In this document: positions 11,039 through 20,523 of the stretch, piece after piece
Layout of the letters: each line of letters starts with the position of its first letter
Numbering within the stretch: the first letter of the stretch is position 1
The notes under the pieces: generated by a model
The model's input: the letters and a program-made list of their open reading frames with translations, nothing else
Told to the model about the DNA's origin: nothing
The model's database searches: none
Program-made: the position numbers and the translations under genes
From: a virus
IMG/VR virus record: IMGVR_UViG_3300047369_000529
Location: 15,083-79,082 of that record
Direction: 5' to 3' (one strand)
Length of the DNA: 64,000 nt

Positions 11039-11598
11039 TGATTTTAAACAGTAGAAATAATCTATTTAATTTTAAATTCCCTAGAACCTTCGTACCAAAG
11101 GAAGTTAGAGATAAGTATATACCATACTTAAATAAAATGCCAGGAAATTTAATAAGTGAACCTATTGATTTTGTAAACTATTCAATACAAGGTTTGTCAA
11201 TGCCAGGTATAAATTTTGATCCTATACAACAATCCCCTAACGATGGAACTATAACGTATCATAGGGGTTCTATTCCAATACAGAATACTGTTGAAAGACA
11301 ATTTTCAATAGAATTACAATTACTTGACGGTTATATTAACTATTGGATAATGCAAGACACTTTATTATATTACTACTCAAAGGAAAATAGAGATCCATTT
11401 ATCAACGATTTAAAACTACAAATATTAGATTCAGAAGGAATACATGTGATGAGTGCGGTATTTGAAAAACCAATTTTAAATTCTATTAGTGAATTGGAAC
11501 TAAGTATGTCAAGCAATGTTGCAGATTTTTCTACGTTTACTTTAAATTTTTATTACAATAAGTTTAACATTATCTTAGAAATAGACGAAGATATATAA
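11038..11598 (+). CDS. Tail tube terminator / tail completion protein (T4 gp3-like, tail-tube fold)
   Basis: N-terminal FNFKF, YSIQGLSMPGI and C-terminal F-T-L-N-F-Y-Y pattern typical of gp3/gp19-fold proteins. Confidence 0.55.
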   Translation: MILNSRNNLFNFKFPRTFVPKEVRDKYIPYLNKMPGNLISEPIDFVNYSIQGLSMPGINFDPIQQSPNDGTITYHRGSIPIQNTVERQFSIELQLLDGYINYWIMQDTLLYYYSKENRDPFINDLKLQILDSEGIHVMSAVFEKPILNSISELELSMSSNVADFSTFTLNFYYNKFNIILEIDEDI

Positions 11599-11620
11599 CC
11601 TAATAATTATAACAAGTAAC

Positions 11621-11989
11621 ATGAAAACATTTTTTGAATATTTAGACGATAAAAACGTAACACAAGATGAGATCCAAATATTACAGGAATCTTTACAATC
11701 TGAATGGACTGATGAGTTAGAAGAAAAGGTGGATGCGGCTTTAGAAGAGTTCACTAAACAATACGCCAATGAAGACGGAACATTTGATTTTGAAAGATTT
11801 AATGAAGAAATTACAAATGAAGGTTTCTTGGGTTCTATTTTTGGTGGACTTACTGGTTTTGCTTTAGGTAAAACAATAGGTAAGACGGTTGCTAAAGTGT
11901 TAGGAATTCAAAAAGGTATATTTTACGATTTATTAACTTCAAGATTAGTTGGTGCTGGATTAGGCGCTGCTATCGGAAAACAATTTTAA
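11621..11989 (+). CDS. Putative internal head protein with glycine-zipper membrane helices
   Basis: Starts MKTFFEYL (capsid-targeting-like); acidic N-half; GFLGSIFGGLTGFALG and GAGLGAAIG helices; late promoter at 11590. Confidence 0.55.
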   Translation: MKTFFEYLDDKNVTQDEIQILQESLQSEWTDELEEKVDAALEEFTKQYANEDGTFDFERFNEEITNEGFLGSIFGGLTGFALGKTIGKTVAKVLGIQKGIFYDLLTSRLVGAGLGAAIGKQF

Positions 11990-11990
11990 T

Positions 11991-12659
11991 TTGAATTACG
12001 TTTCAGTAGATTTTTCTTTAAACTCTCCAGGGATATGCATATATCAGGAAGACACCAATAAGTATCATTTTATTTCATATATAAAAGAAGGCCAAGGCAC
12101 TAAGAAAGAAAGAGCATGGCAAGAAGATATATCTCATTTAAAGGGAGTTACCCTTATTAATCAACCCGACTGGGGAAAACATGGTGCAGATTATTCAAGC
12201 GTTGAATTAGCAAAGATAAAAAGGTATGCTAAAACCGCAGATGACATTATTAATTTAATAACGGGTATTACAAAAACAAAGAAGCAGTATATTATTTCCT
12301 TCGAAGGAACTTCTTTTGGTTCAAAGATGGGAACTAATAATATTATAGATATGGCTGCAGGCGCAGCAATACTTAAAGAAAGAATGCTAAGTCAACTTGA
12401 AATATTAGACATTCAAACCATTGCTCCCACTACAATTAAGAAACACGCTGGAAAAGGAAACATGAATAAGTCTCAATTATGGGATGCCTTCTTAAGTAAT
12501 GTATTAAGAGATCAAGTTCTAGCAGAACACTCTCTTTTAGATTTTTGTGTGAAGGAAATTGGACCTTCTAAAAAAATACCAAAACCCTTTGACGATTTAG
12601 TTGATGCATACTTTTTAACTCATTTTGTTAGAGCAAAGATGTCGACCACTGAAGATTAG
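11991..12659 (+). CDS. RuvC-like (RNase H fold) resolvase/nuclease
   Basis: VSVDFSLNSPG, FEG, PTTIKK, DDLVDAYF catalytic pattern; TTG start. Confidence 0.7.
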   Translation: MNYVSVDFSLNSPGICIYQEDTNKYHFISYIKEGQGTKKERAWQEDISHLKGVTLINQPDWGKHGADYSSVELAKIKRYAKTADDIINLITGITKTKKQYIISFEGTSFGSKMGTNNIIDMAAGAAILKERMLSQLEILDIQTIAPTTIKKHAGKGNMNKSQLWDAFLSNVLRDQVLAEHSLLDFCVKEIGPSKKIPKPFDDLVDAYFLTHFVRAKMSTTED

Positions 12660-12738
12660 ATTTACCACTGAGGCTTAAAGGCTTAAGTTATACTTACTTT
12701 CTCCCATAAAGTTTCATAATTTAAAAGATATATAAAAC

Positions 12739-12930
12739 ATGAGTAAAGAAAATAACATTCCACCTGTTTATTTACTAAAGCTTAAAGAAATTTTAAGCGA
12801 TATGGTAAATCAAAATAGAATATCTGAAAATGAAATGGTAGATATTTTAAGAAAAGCTGGTTTGGCAAGGCTTCCAAATTCATCTTCTAAGTGGATTGAC
12901 GAAACAGGCGCTACGTATTCTGATTCATAA
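12739..12930 (+). CDS. Hypothetical protein
   Basis: 63 aa ORF just downstream of GATATATA at 12727. Confidence 0.55.
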   Translation: MSKENNIPPVYLLKLKEILSDMVNQNRISENEMVDILRKAGLARLPNSSSKWIDETGATYSDS

Positions 12931-13062
12931 CTCATCCCCCTACCCCCACAATACGAATATATAGATTAGTTATTTATGTGAAACCTTTTTGGAATCTCGT
13001 ATATAACTATTGAAAGTTTTTTAAGATTAAAGACATTAACGTAAATTAAAGTAATTAAAGAC

Positions 13063-14010
13063 ATGGCAGATTTTGACATTTTTAACCTCAGCGTCTCAGA
13101 CGTTGAAACTCATGAAACAAAGAGCTCAAGCTCTACAAATGAGATCTACAAACCATCCGCAGACGATGGTAAAGACGGAACTTACAAAGCACTTATTCGT
13201 TTTGTTCCAAACCCAACAAACCCTAGAAATTCATTAGTTAAAAAGTATGTACACTGGCTAACTGACGCTAACGGCGATGGAAGACTTATTGATTCACCTT
13301 CAACTGTAGGAGATAAGTGTCCAATTGCAGACGCATTCTTCAAACTTCGTAAGAGTGATTCAGCAGTAGACCGTAAAATGAGCGACAAGCTTAAGCGTAG
13401 AGAACAGTATTACTCTCTTATTAAAGTAGTGAAAGATCCTCAAAACCCCGAATTAGAAGGAACTTACAAAGTATTTAAATTCGGTTACAAAATTAAAGAA
13501 AAAATCGAGGAAGAAACTAAGCCTGCATTTGGAGAACCAACTCAGATTTATGACCTATTTGAAGGAAAGAACTTTGAACTTATTATTACTCGCCAGGGTG
13601 AATATAATAACTATGATAAGTCTAAATTCTCAGCAACTAGATCAGCGATTGCAGTAGATGGTAAACCTGCAGAAAGAAATCAAGAAGCTATGACAGCTAT
13701 TAAGTCTGAATTAGATTCTGCACCTTCATTAGATCCTTACGGATATAAAAAGTGGGATGCTGAAACTCTTGATTTTGTTAACGGTATTTTAAGACAATAC
13801 CTTAACCCAGGTTCTTCGATAGACTCAGTTATTTCTTCTCCAAAACCTACTGCTAAAAAAGCAGCGGTTAAAGAGGCAGTTACAGCAGGAAACGATGCAG
13901 ATTTTGAATTTCCAGAATCAATGACATCTAAGCCTACTAAAGCTGAAGCATCTACTTCTACATCGGATAGTGATGATCTTGATTCTTTCTTAGATGAAAT
14001 CGGAATCTAA
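13063..14010 (+). CDS. 32: Single-stranded DNA-binding protein (T4 gp32-like)
   Basis: ALIRFVP, CPI, VVKDPQNPELEG...FGYKIKEKI, NYDKSKF, acidic C-terminal tail DDLDSFLDEI. Confidence 0.9.
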   Translation: MADFDIFNLSVSDVETHETKSSSSTNEIYKPSADDGKDGTYKALIRFVPNPTNPRNSLVKKYVHWLTDANGDGRLIDSPSTVGDKCPIADAFFKLRKSDSAVDRKMSDKLKRREQYYSLIKVVKDPQNPELEGTYKVFKFGYKIKEKIEEETKPAFGEPTQIYDLFEGKNFELIITRQGEYNNYDKSKFSATRSAIAVDGKPAERNQEAMTAIKSELDSAPSLDPYGYKKWDAETLDFVNGILRQYLNPGSSIDSVISSPKPTAKKAAVKEAVTAGNDADFEFPESMTSKPTKAEASTSTSDSDDLDSFLDEIGI

Positions 14011-15073
14011 AATCACAGAAGATTTAAAGCAAAAGGTCAGAAGTTTAGTTAAACAAGTTTGTGTAAAAGAACATTCTGATCCTAACAAGCACATGATTAA
14101 GGAAATGCCAGGTCGTTTAAACCTGGCATGCCCTTATTGTGGAGATTCACATAGTGAGACGCATAAAAAAAGAGGTAATTTATATTGGGCGACATTACAA
14201 TTTCACTGTTTTAATTGCGGTCAGCACTCTGATCTTTATGGGTTTTTAAAAGATCACCATCTAAAATTTAAAGATACTCAAGATTCTATTACAATCATTG
14301 AGTATATTAAGGAACACAAGGTATCTGTGAACGAAGTTGACACCCTTCAGCACGGCGTGTTTAAAACCCTATATGATTTATCTCCTACTAGAAAAGAATT
14401 AAAGGAAGCTTTTAAGCTTGTAGAAATAGAACCAGGCGATCCTGCATTCTTTTATTTAAAGAATAGATTTCTACATAAAAAATTAAATAACTTCCTATAT
14501 TCACCTAGAGATAAAAGAATATTGGTTTTAAATCTTGCGCCTGAAGGAAAGATAATAGGATTCCAGAGCAGGTCTCTTAGAAAATCTAAGAATTCAAGGT
14601 ATTTAACCTATGATATAGAAAAAATATATCAAGAAATGAATAAGGAAATTCCACTAGAAGAAGAGCAGCTTATTTCAGCTAAGAAATTATCTACTCTCTT
14701 TGGAATTATGACAGTTAATTTTCAAATGCCTTGTACTGTGTTTGAAGGACCTTTAGATTCTCTATTTATGCCCAACTCTATTGCGTTGGCATCTGTTACT
14801 AGATCCACTGACGAATTAGATGAAATACCCACAATAAGATACATGTTTGATAATGACGAAGCAGGTAAAAATAAAATGATGCAAAAGCTTAAAAGAGGAA
14901 AACAAGTGTTTACATGGGATAAATTTATGTCAGAAACAAAGATGGATAAATATCCTAGCAGTATTAAGGATCTTAACGATCTTGTAATTGCTGCATGGAA
15001 AACAAAAAACAAATGCCTATCAAATATAGATAAGTATTTTAGTGATTCACGACTAGATGCTTATTATTTATGA
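13994..15073 (+). CDS. 61: DNA primase (T4 gp61-like)
   Basis: CPYCGDS...HCFNCG zinc finger; VFEGPLDSLF and FDNDEAG TOPRIM motifs; KDLND. Confidence 0.9.
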   Translation: MKSESKITEDLKQKVRSLVKQVCVKEHSDPNKHMIKEMPGRLNLACPYCGDSHSETHKKRGNLYWATLQFHCFNCGQHSDLYGFLKDHHLKFKDTQDSITIIEYIKEHKVSVNEVDTLQHGVFKTLYDLSPTRKELKEAFKLVEIEPGDPAFFYLKNRFLHKKLNNFLYSPRDKRILVLNLAPEGKIIGFQSRSLRKSKNSRYLTYDIEKIYQEMNKEIPLEEEQLISAKKLSTLFGIMTVNFQMPCTVFEGPLDSLFMPNSIALASVTRSTDELDEIPTIRYMFDNDEAGKNKMMQKLKRGKQVFTWDKFMSETKMDKYPSSIKDLNDLVIAAWKTKNKCLSNIDKYFSDSRLDAYYL

Positions 15074-15276
15074 TAGACTATATTAATATGGTAAACGACG
15101 AACTTGACAAATTCGAAGAAGATGGTAAAAGACATAAAAATCTTAAAATGATTTTAGGGTTTGATTCTACCGACGTTAACCATAAAGAAAAAGAAATTAA
15201 AATCACTCCTAAATTTAAAAAGAAATTTAAAAGTGAAGTATATGTGAAAAGAAATTCTAATAATTCATTATTTTAA
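15070..15276 (+). CDS. Hypothetical protein with C-terminal NSLF tail
   Basis: 68 aa ORF overlapping the primase stop. Confidence 0.55.
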   Translation: MIDYINMVNDELDKFEEDGKRHKNLKMILGFDSTDVNHKEKEIKITPKFKKKFKSEVYVKRNSNNSLF

Positions 15277-15287
15277 TATAATACAAT

Positions 15288-15722
15288 ATGACAGAACAAT
15301 CTAATAAATCTAAGATTGTCCAACTCGACGAATATCTAGCAAACCAAAGATCAGAATGGACTTCTAAAATTAAGGAATTAACCGAAAATTTAAAAGAAGG
15401 AATTAACCTGGAAGAAGTTAGCTCATATACATTGAGTTATAGGCAGATTTTAGTTGAAAACCTTGCAACTATAGGAGGTAAAATAAGAACACAAAAAGGA
15501 ACTGTCGATAAGATGTATAAACAAAAATGGATTGAATATTATAAGTTTGATTATAAGATTACGGATAAACAAAGAGAAAGGTTTATTGAAGCGGATCTTT
15601 CAGACGACAAGCAAATTTTGGATTTACTTGAAAGCCAAAAGGCCTTCATCGAAGGTTCAGTAAAAACTCTTGATAATATGGGCTTTGCAATAAAGAATCG
15701 CCTTGATATTTCAAGATTGTAA
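15288..15722 (+). CDS. uvsY: Recombination mediator UvsY-like
   Basis: Helical 144 aa protein, KWIEYY, IEADL, C-terminal KTLDNMGFAIKN; adjacent to UvsW. Confidence 0.7.
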   Translation: MTEQSNKSKIVQLDEYLANQRSEWTSKIKELTENLKEGINLEEVSSYTLSYRQILVENLATIGGKIRTQKGTVDKMYKQKWIEYYKFDYKITDKQRERFIEADLSDDKQILDLLESQKAFIEGSVKTLDNMGFAIKNRLDISRL

Positions 15723-15740
15723 AAAAAGGTTAAATGAAAA

Positions 15741-17249
15741 TTGATTTTAACTCTAACGGAAGACAATCAGTTTCTTAGAATAGACGAAGCTGAGGAATTA
15801 GAATTAGAGCAGATTAAAATATCTTTAACTAAAAGAATTGATAGTTGGAGATTTAATCCTCTAGTTAAAAAAGGAATATGGGACGGATATGTTTCATATA
15901 TTAAAGACGATAAGTGGATTCCTGCTGGTCTTTGGAGATATGTTATGCTCATATGTAAGGAGTATAAGTTTGACCTAAAACTCAATGGAATTCAAAGACT
16001 TTTTGATAGAAACATAAATGCAGAATCCTTTGAAGAATGGGCTTTAGAATTTTTTAAGGGTAGTAAATTTACGCCAAGAGACTATCAGGTAGAAACATCA
16101 TTTAACATTCTTAAATTTAGAAGGTGCTTAGCTGAATTAGCGACTTCAGCCGGAAAAACACTTATTAGTTTTTTAACAGTCGCATACATGTTAGAAAAAG
16201 AAAAAGCAGAAAAGATATTATTTATAGTTCCTAATGTTTCTTTAGTCGTACAGGCTCACGAAGATTTTCATGAATACAATAATAAGAATAGAATAAAACT
16301 AAAAATACAACAGATATACGCAGGTCAAAAAATAAAGTCAGATCGAAATGTAGTAATAGGTACATATCAATCTCTAGTTAAAAAATCCAAAGAATACTTT
16401 CAACAATTCGATGCAGTTATTGTAGATGAAACACACAAAGCAAAGTCCAATTCTATTAAGACGATATTACAAAAATGTACTAACGCAAAATATAAGTATG
16501 GTTTATCAGGTACAATTCCTAAAGATGGATCTTTGGACAAGTTAACGTTAATGAGTCAGACAGGTCCAGTAATCAGCGAAGTAAAAGCAAACTTTTTACA
16601 AAGAGAAGGACATATTGCAAAATGCAAAGTAAAGGTTATTGAAATGGATTATGCTCCTGAAGCAAGCAAAAAGGCATTCGAAGAATTAGCATTTAACAAG
16701 TATGATAGAAAAGATGTTTTTCAATTAGAACAAAACTATATAATTAATTCTTTTGGTAGATTAAACTTTATATGTAGCGTTATAGGAAGAGTTCCTAAGA
16801 ATTCATTGGTGTTATTTCATAGAATTGAACACGGTAAAAAAATATACGAACATCTAAGGCAAAACACTGACAAAAGAGTCTATTATGTAGACGGTGGAAC
16901 AGATAAAGATATTAGAGAAGAATATAAAAAGAAAATGGAAGCAGGTGACGAGGTAGTTATCGTCGCGAGTTATGGTACTTTCTCAACGGGTATATCAATT
17001 AAGAAAATACATAACATTTTCTTTACAGAATCTTTTAAGTCCGAGGTAATCATCAGACAGTCTATAGGTAGAGGTCTAAGACAGCATGAATCAAAAGAGG
17101 CAGTATTAATAGTTGATTTTGTAGATGACATTAGAACTGACGAATGGGACAATTATCTATATAAACATAGCAAGGCTAGACAGAAAATATATAAACAAGA
17201 GAAATTTGAGTATAGTATTAAGAAAGTCAAATTTGAAGGAGATATATAG
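15741..17249 (+). CDS. uvsW: SF2 helicase UvsW-like
   Basis: WDG, PRDYQ, ATSAGKT, VDETH, GLSGT, STGISI, QSIGRGLR. Confidence 0.92.
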   Translation: MILTLTEDNQFLRIDEAEELELEQIKISLTKRIDSWRFNPLVKKGIWDGYVSYIKDDKWIPAGLWRYVMLICKEYKFDLKLNGIQRLFDRNINAESFEEWALEFFKGSKFTPRDYQVETSFNILKFRRCLAELATSAGKTLISFLTVAYMLEKEKAEKILFIVPNVSLVVQAHEDFHEYNNKNRIKLKIQQIYAGQKIKSDRNVVIGTYQSLVKKSKEYFQQFDAVIVDETHKAKSNSIKTILQKCTNAKYKYGLSGTIPKDGSLDKLTLMSQTGPVISEVKANFLQREGHIAKCKVKVIEMDYAPEASKKAFEELAFNKYDRKDVFQLEQNYIINSFGRLNFICSVIGRVPKNSLVLFHRIEHGKKIYEHLRQNTDKRVYYVDGGTDKDIREEYKKKMEAGDEVVIVASYGTFSTGISIKKIHNIFFTESFKSEVIIRQSIGRGLRQHESKEAVLIVDFVDDIRTDEWDNYLYKHSKARQKIYKQEKFEYSIKKVKFEGDI

Positions 17250-17281
17250 AATAACGAAACAAAATTAAATTTTATAATAAA

Positions 17282-18859
17282 ATGGCAGAAATCAATAAAA
17301 TTTCTTCTTTTAAGTCTTTTACTGAGATCAGAAAACAAGAGAACGCTAATAAACTTAGAGAAGAAAATAATTTAAAAAGACAAGAGGCTGTTGGTAAAAT
17401 AGCCACTATATTAGATGAACTAGGACTAACTTCTTTTGAAGGTTTAGAAGAAGATCAAAAAGAAACAATCATCTCAAAAATATTTGGAGACGTTTCTGAA
17501 GAAGAACTTGCAGAAATTGAGGTTGAAGTTGAAAAAGAAGTTGAAGAAACGGAAGAGTCGGAAGAGCAAGTTTCAGAAGCCTTAGATATTAGATATAAGA
17601 GAGATGCTAAAAAGGTAGTAACTCAATTTAAAAAGATTTTTGCAGAGTTAGGAAGTCTAACAGCAGATAAAGTAACTTATTTAGGAGCTATTAAATATTT
17701 ATATAATGAAGCTCTAACTGATGCTAACTTTCATTCAGCGAGATCAGCTACTGAAAAAATTATTAAAGGTAGATTAAACAGTATTTCAGTTTCTCCTGAA
17801 TCTTTAGGAAAACATGCAATTATCGTTGGTGCAAAAAACATTATGAAAATTCTAGATGAATATTATTCTAGAATTTCAAATGCAGCGGGATGGTCAGGTC
17901 CTGGAATTGCTGAAGGAACAGCAATGTATTTAGAATCTATTGGTGAAGGTTCAACCGCTGAAAAATTATTAGTAGGTTTTAATGCAGCTAATGAGAGCGT
18001 TGAATACCAATTATCAGAAGAAGAAATATCATTAAAGGAGTCTAACCTTATTTTTGAAGCAACCGTTACAATGGACGCTATGAATCCTAAAGATAAAGAT
18101 TTCTTAAAATTCTTAAAGAAGAATAGCGTTAAAATTATCGATATGGTAAAATCAGGACCAACTGGTCACCCTGAAATTACTATGCAGGGTAAAAGAGAGG
18201 ATTTAGAAGCGGTATTAGCAGATGGAGAATTAGGATGGGATGATGCAGGTTTAGCAGACTATATTGAAGAGTCAGCTACAATCGTTCTTAATGAAGGAAC
18301 TAGAGGCCAATTTGGTAAAATAGACAGAAAGGGAAATATTACTTCAGTTTATACTCACTACGATTCTTACCCAGAAAATATGTTACCTATTATTAAATCA
18401 ACATTTAAAAGCGGTAAGAATGTAGATTTCGTTCTTAAGAATGGAGACAATTCAGGTCTAGATAAAGACATTAAGAAAATTAATTTCTACGGCGGAGATT
18501 CTAATTTAATGACAGGTAATATTAAGAGCATTAATGATTATATTAAAAACGCAAATTACGAAGCTGGTGCAGAATTCGTTTATTTATGGGATGAAAAATC
18601 TAAAAAATGGATGATGGCAGACATTTATGCAGAAACTGGATTAGTTCCAGCATTTGAATCTGTAGTTAACGAATCAGAAGCTGAAAATATCTTACAAGAT
18701 CTTTTAGACGAAAGAGGAGGAGACATGGGAGAATTACATGGCATGGAAATGGAAGATGCTTTAGATACAGTTGAATCTTATGGACATAAAGGTTCTAAAG
18801 CAAAAAAGATTGCACAAGAATTAGTTTCACTATGTAACGAATCCGTGGCTACTAACTAA
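17282..18859 (+). CDS. Putative internal-head polyprotein 1 (leader plus about 4 modules)
   Basis: KISSFKSFTE leader; modules bounded by VSE^A, IFE^A, LNE^G, ESVVNE^S; late promoter at 17241. Confidence 0.6.
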   Translation: MAEINKISSFKSFTEIRKQENANKLREENNLKRQEAVGKIATILDELGLTSFEGLEEDQKETIISKIFGDVSEEELAEIEVEVEKEVEETEESEEQVSEALDIRYKRDAKKVVTQFKKIFAELGSLTADKVTYLGAIKYLYNEALTDANFHSARSATEKIIKGRLNSISVSPESLGKHAIIVGAKNIMKILDEYYSRISNAAGWSGPGIAEGTAMYLESIGEGSTAEKLLVGFNAANESVEYQLSEEEISLKESNLIFEATVTMDAMNPKDKDFLKFLKKNSVKIIDMVKSGPTGHPEITMQGKREDLEAVLADGELGWDDAGLADYIEESATIVLNEGTRGQFGKIDRKGNITSVYTHYDSYPENMLPIIKSTFKSGKNVDFVLKNGDNSGLDKDIKKINFYGGDSNLMTGNIKSINDYIKNANYEAGAEFVYLWDEKSKKWMMADIYAETGLVPAFESVVNESEAENILQDLLDERGGDMGELHGMEMEDALDTVESYGHKGSKAKKIAQELVSLCNESVATN

Positions 18860-18871
18860 ACATACAATAAC

Positions 18872-19075
18872 ATGAAAAAATTAATTGAATTTATTAAAAA
18901 GGCATTTAATGCAGTTAAGACCTGGGTTGTTGCAAACGGAGTTGAAGGTGTTTTAGGCCTTATCGCTGGACTTGCCCTATGGGCGTTTGGCTATAAAATC
19001 TATGCTGGATTTGCATTTGGCGTATTTGCAACTCGTAACTGGGACCTATTTAAATCCTGGGTAAAAGGATTATAA
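18872..19075 (+). CDS. Small membrane protein
   Basis: 67 aa with hydrophobic Gly-rich segments. Confidence 0.6.
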   Translation: MKKLIEFIKKAFNAVKTWVVANGVEGVLGLIAGLALWAFGYKIYAGFAFGVFATRNWDLFKSWVKGL

Positions 19076-19139
19076 ATTAAAAAAAAAATTGGCTTATAAT
19101 TTTTCTAGGTCGATTTTTTTAATTATATTAGTAATATAA

Positions 19140-20513
19140 ATGAAACTAGATAACAACTTCGTAGACTTTATTCAGCATCATGCAGATATGCAAGGTATGA
19201 CTAGAGAAGAATATGTTGCTCATTTCTTATCAGAAAGATACGATAATAAAATTTTAACATTTGACGAATTTATCGTTGAGAAGTTTTCTAATCTACAAGA
19301 AGCTTTAATCTTAGAAGGCGGTGCTGCAGGGCATATGTCACATCCATTTGATGAGAAAGATTTAACGTTTGCAGATTTTAAAACAATAGTAAAATCAGGT
19401 CTTCAAGGAGAATTAAACTTTGAAGAAGTTGCAACAGAAAAAACAGACGGCCAAAATTTATTTGCCACCGTAAGAAACGGAGTTACTCTATTTTCTAGAA
19501 ATAAAGGCCAATTAATTAGCCCAGTCGATTTAGACGGGATTATAAAAATGTTTGAAGAGCATGAAGTTCCTTTAGTAAGAGAAACATATGTGTTTGCTGC
19601 TAAAGACCTAAATGAAGCTCTTCCAAAGATGAAGGATCAGTCTATATTTAATGAAGGTAAGAACTTTATTAATATGGAATTAATTTACTCTAAGAATCCT
19701 AATGTTATTTATTATGAAAGAGATGTTTTACAATTCCACGATATTAAGGAAACTGATGGAAATGGAAATATTATTGGAGAGCAAAAAATAGCAGGAGAGC
19801 TTGTTTCCGCATTAAAAGAAGTTGATGCTGATGTTCAAAAAACATTTACAATAATTCCCCCTCAAATATTAAAATTAGGAAAAGATATTGATTTTGAAAA
19901 AAATCATGCTAAATTTATAAAACAAATTGAAGCACTAAGAGATCGTTATAATCTAACAGATAGTGACGAGGTTTCTAGGTATCATGAAATGTGGTGGAGA
20001 GAAACTATCGATGAAAATTTCCCTAATCTACAACAAGACTATAAAGAAGGTTTATTATTAAGATGGGCCTATGGAGATAAGAAAACTCTTAACATGAGAA
20101 GTCTTGCAAAGGAAATAGGAAAAGATGAAGCAGCGGCGGTTAAGAAATTCGACAAAGAAGATGTTAAAAAGAAATATAAAGAAAACATTAGACCTTTCGA
20201 AGATTTATTTTTAGAATTAGGGTCTATAATTCTTAAAAATGCGTCCAATTTTGTAGCAGCTAATCCTGACAAAGAAATGCAAAGATTGCATAATCAGATT
20301 AGAACAGAGGCTGATAAAATTAAGAAAGGCGGAAGCGTTGCTCAGATCGAAAAGGTAATGAAAGAATTAGAGAGATTAGATAGAATTGGTGGAGTAGAAT
20401 CTATTATACCAACCGAAGGGATAGTTTTCGTATATAAAGGAAAAACTATGAAATTAACGGGTACATTTGCCGCTATTAATCAATTAATGGGCGTTATAAA
20501 GTACGGAAGATAA
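19140..20513 (+). CDS. ATP-dependent ligase-fold covalent nucleotidyltransferase (RNA-ligase-like)
   Basis: Motif I EKTDGQN, SRN, MELIY, LQFH, motif IV EGIVF, motif V KLTG; leader ILTFDEFIVE...LILE^GGAAGHM. Confidence 0.6.
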   Translation: MKLDNNFVDFIQHHADMQGMTREEYVAHFLSERYDNKILTFDEFIVEKFSNLQEALILEGGAAGHMSHPFDEKDLTFADFKTIVKSGLQGELNFEEVATEKTDGQNLFATVRNGVTLFSRNKGQLISPVDLDGIIKMFEEHEVPLVRETYVFAAKDLNEALPKMKDQSIFNEGKNFINMELIYSKNPNVIYYERDVLQFHDIKETDGNGNIIGEQKIAGELVSALKEVDADVQKTFTIIPPQILKLGKDIDFEKNHAKFIKQIEALRDRYNLTDSDEVSRYHEMWWRETIDENFPNLQQDYKEGLLLRWAYGDKKTLNMRSLAKEIGKDEAAAVKKFDKEDVKKKYKENIRPFEDLFLELGSIILKNASNFVAANPDKEMQRLHNQIRTEADKIKKGGSVAQIEKVMKELERLDRIGGVESIIPTEGIVFVYKGKTMKLTGTFAAINQLMGVIKYGR

Positions 20514-20523
20514 ATAATAAGAT

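Noticed and set aside
12640-12685. tRNA on the minus strand (CTCAGTGGT resembles a D-loop)
   Set aside because: No acceptor stem, TTCG T-loop or cloverleaf could be built; no tRNA was recognised anywhere in the window
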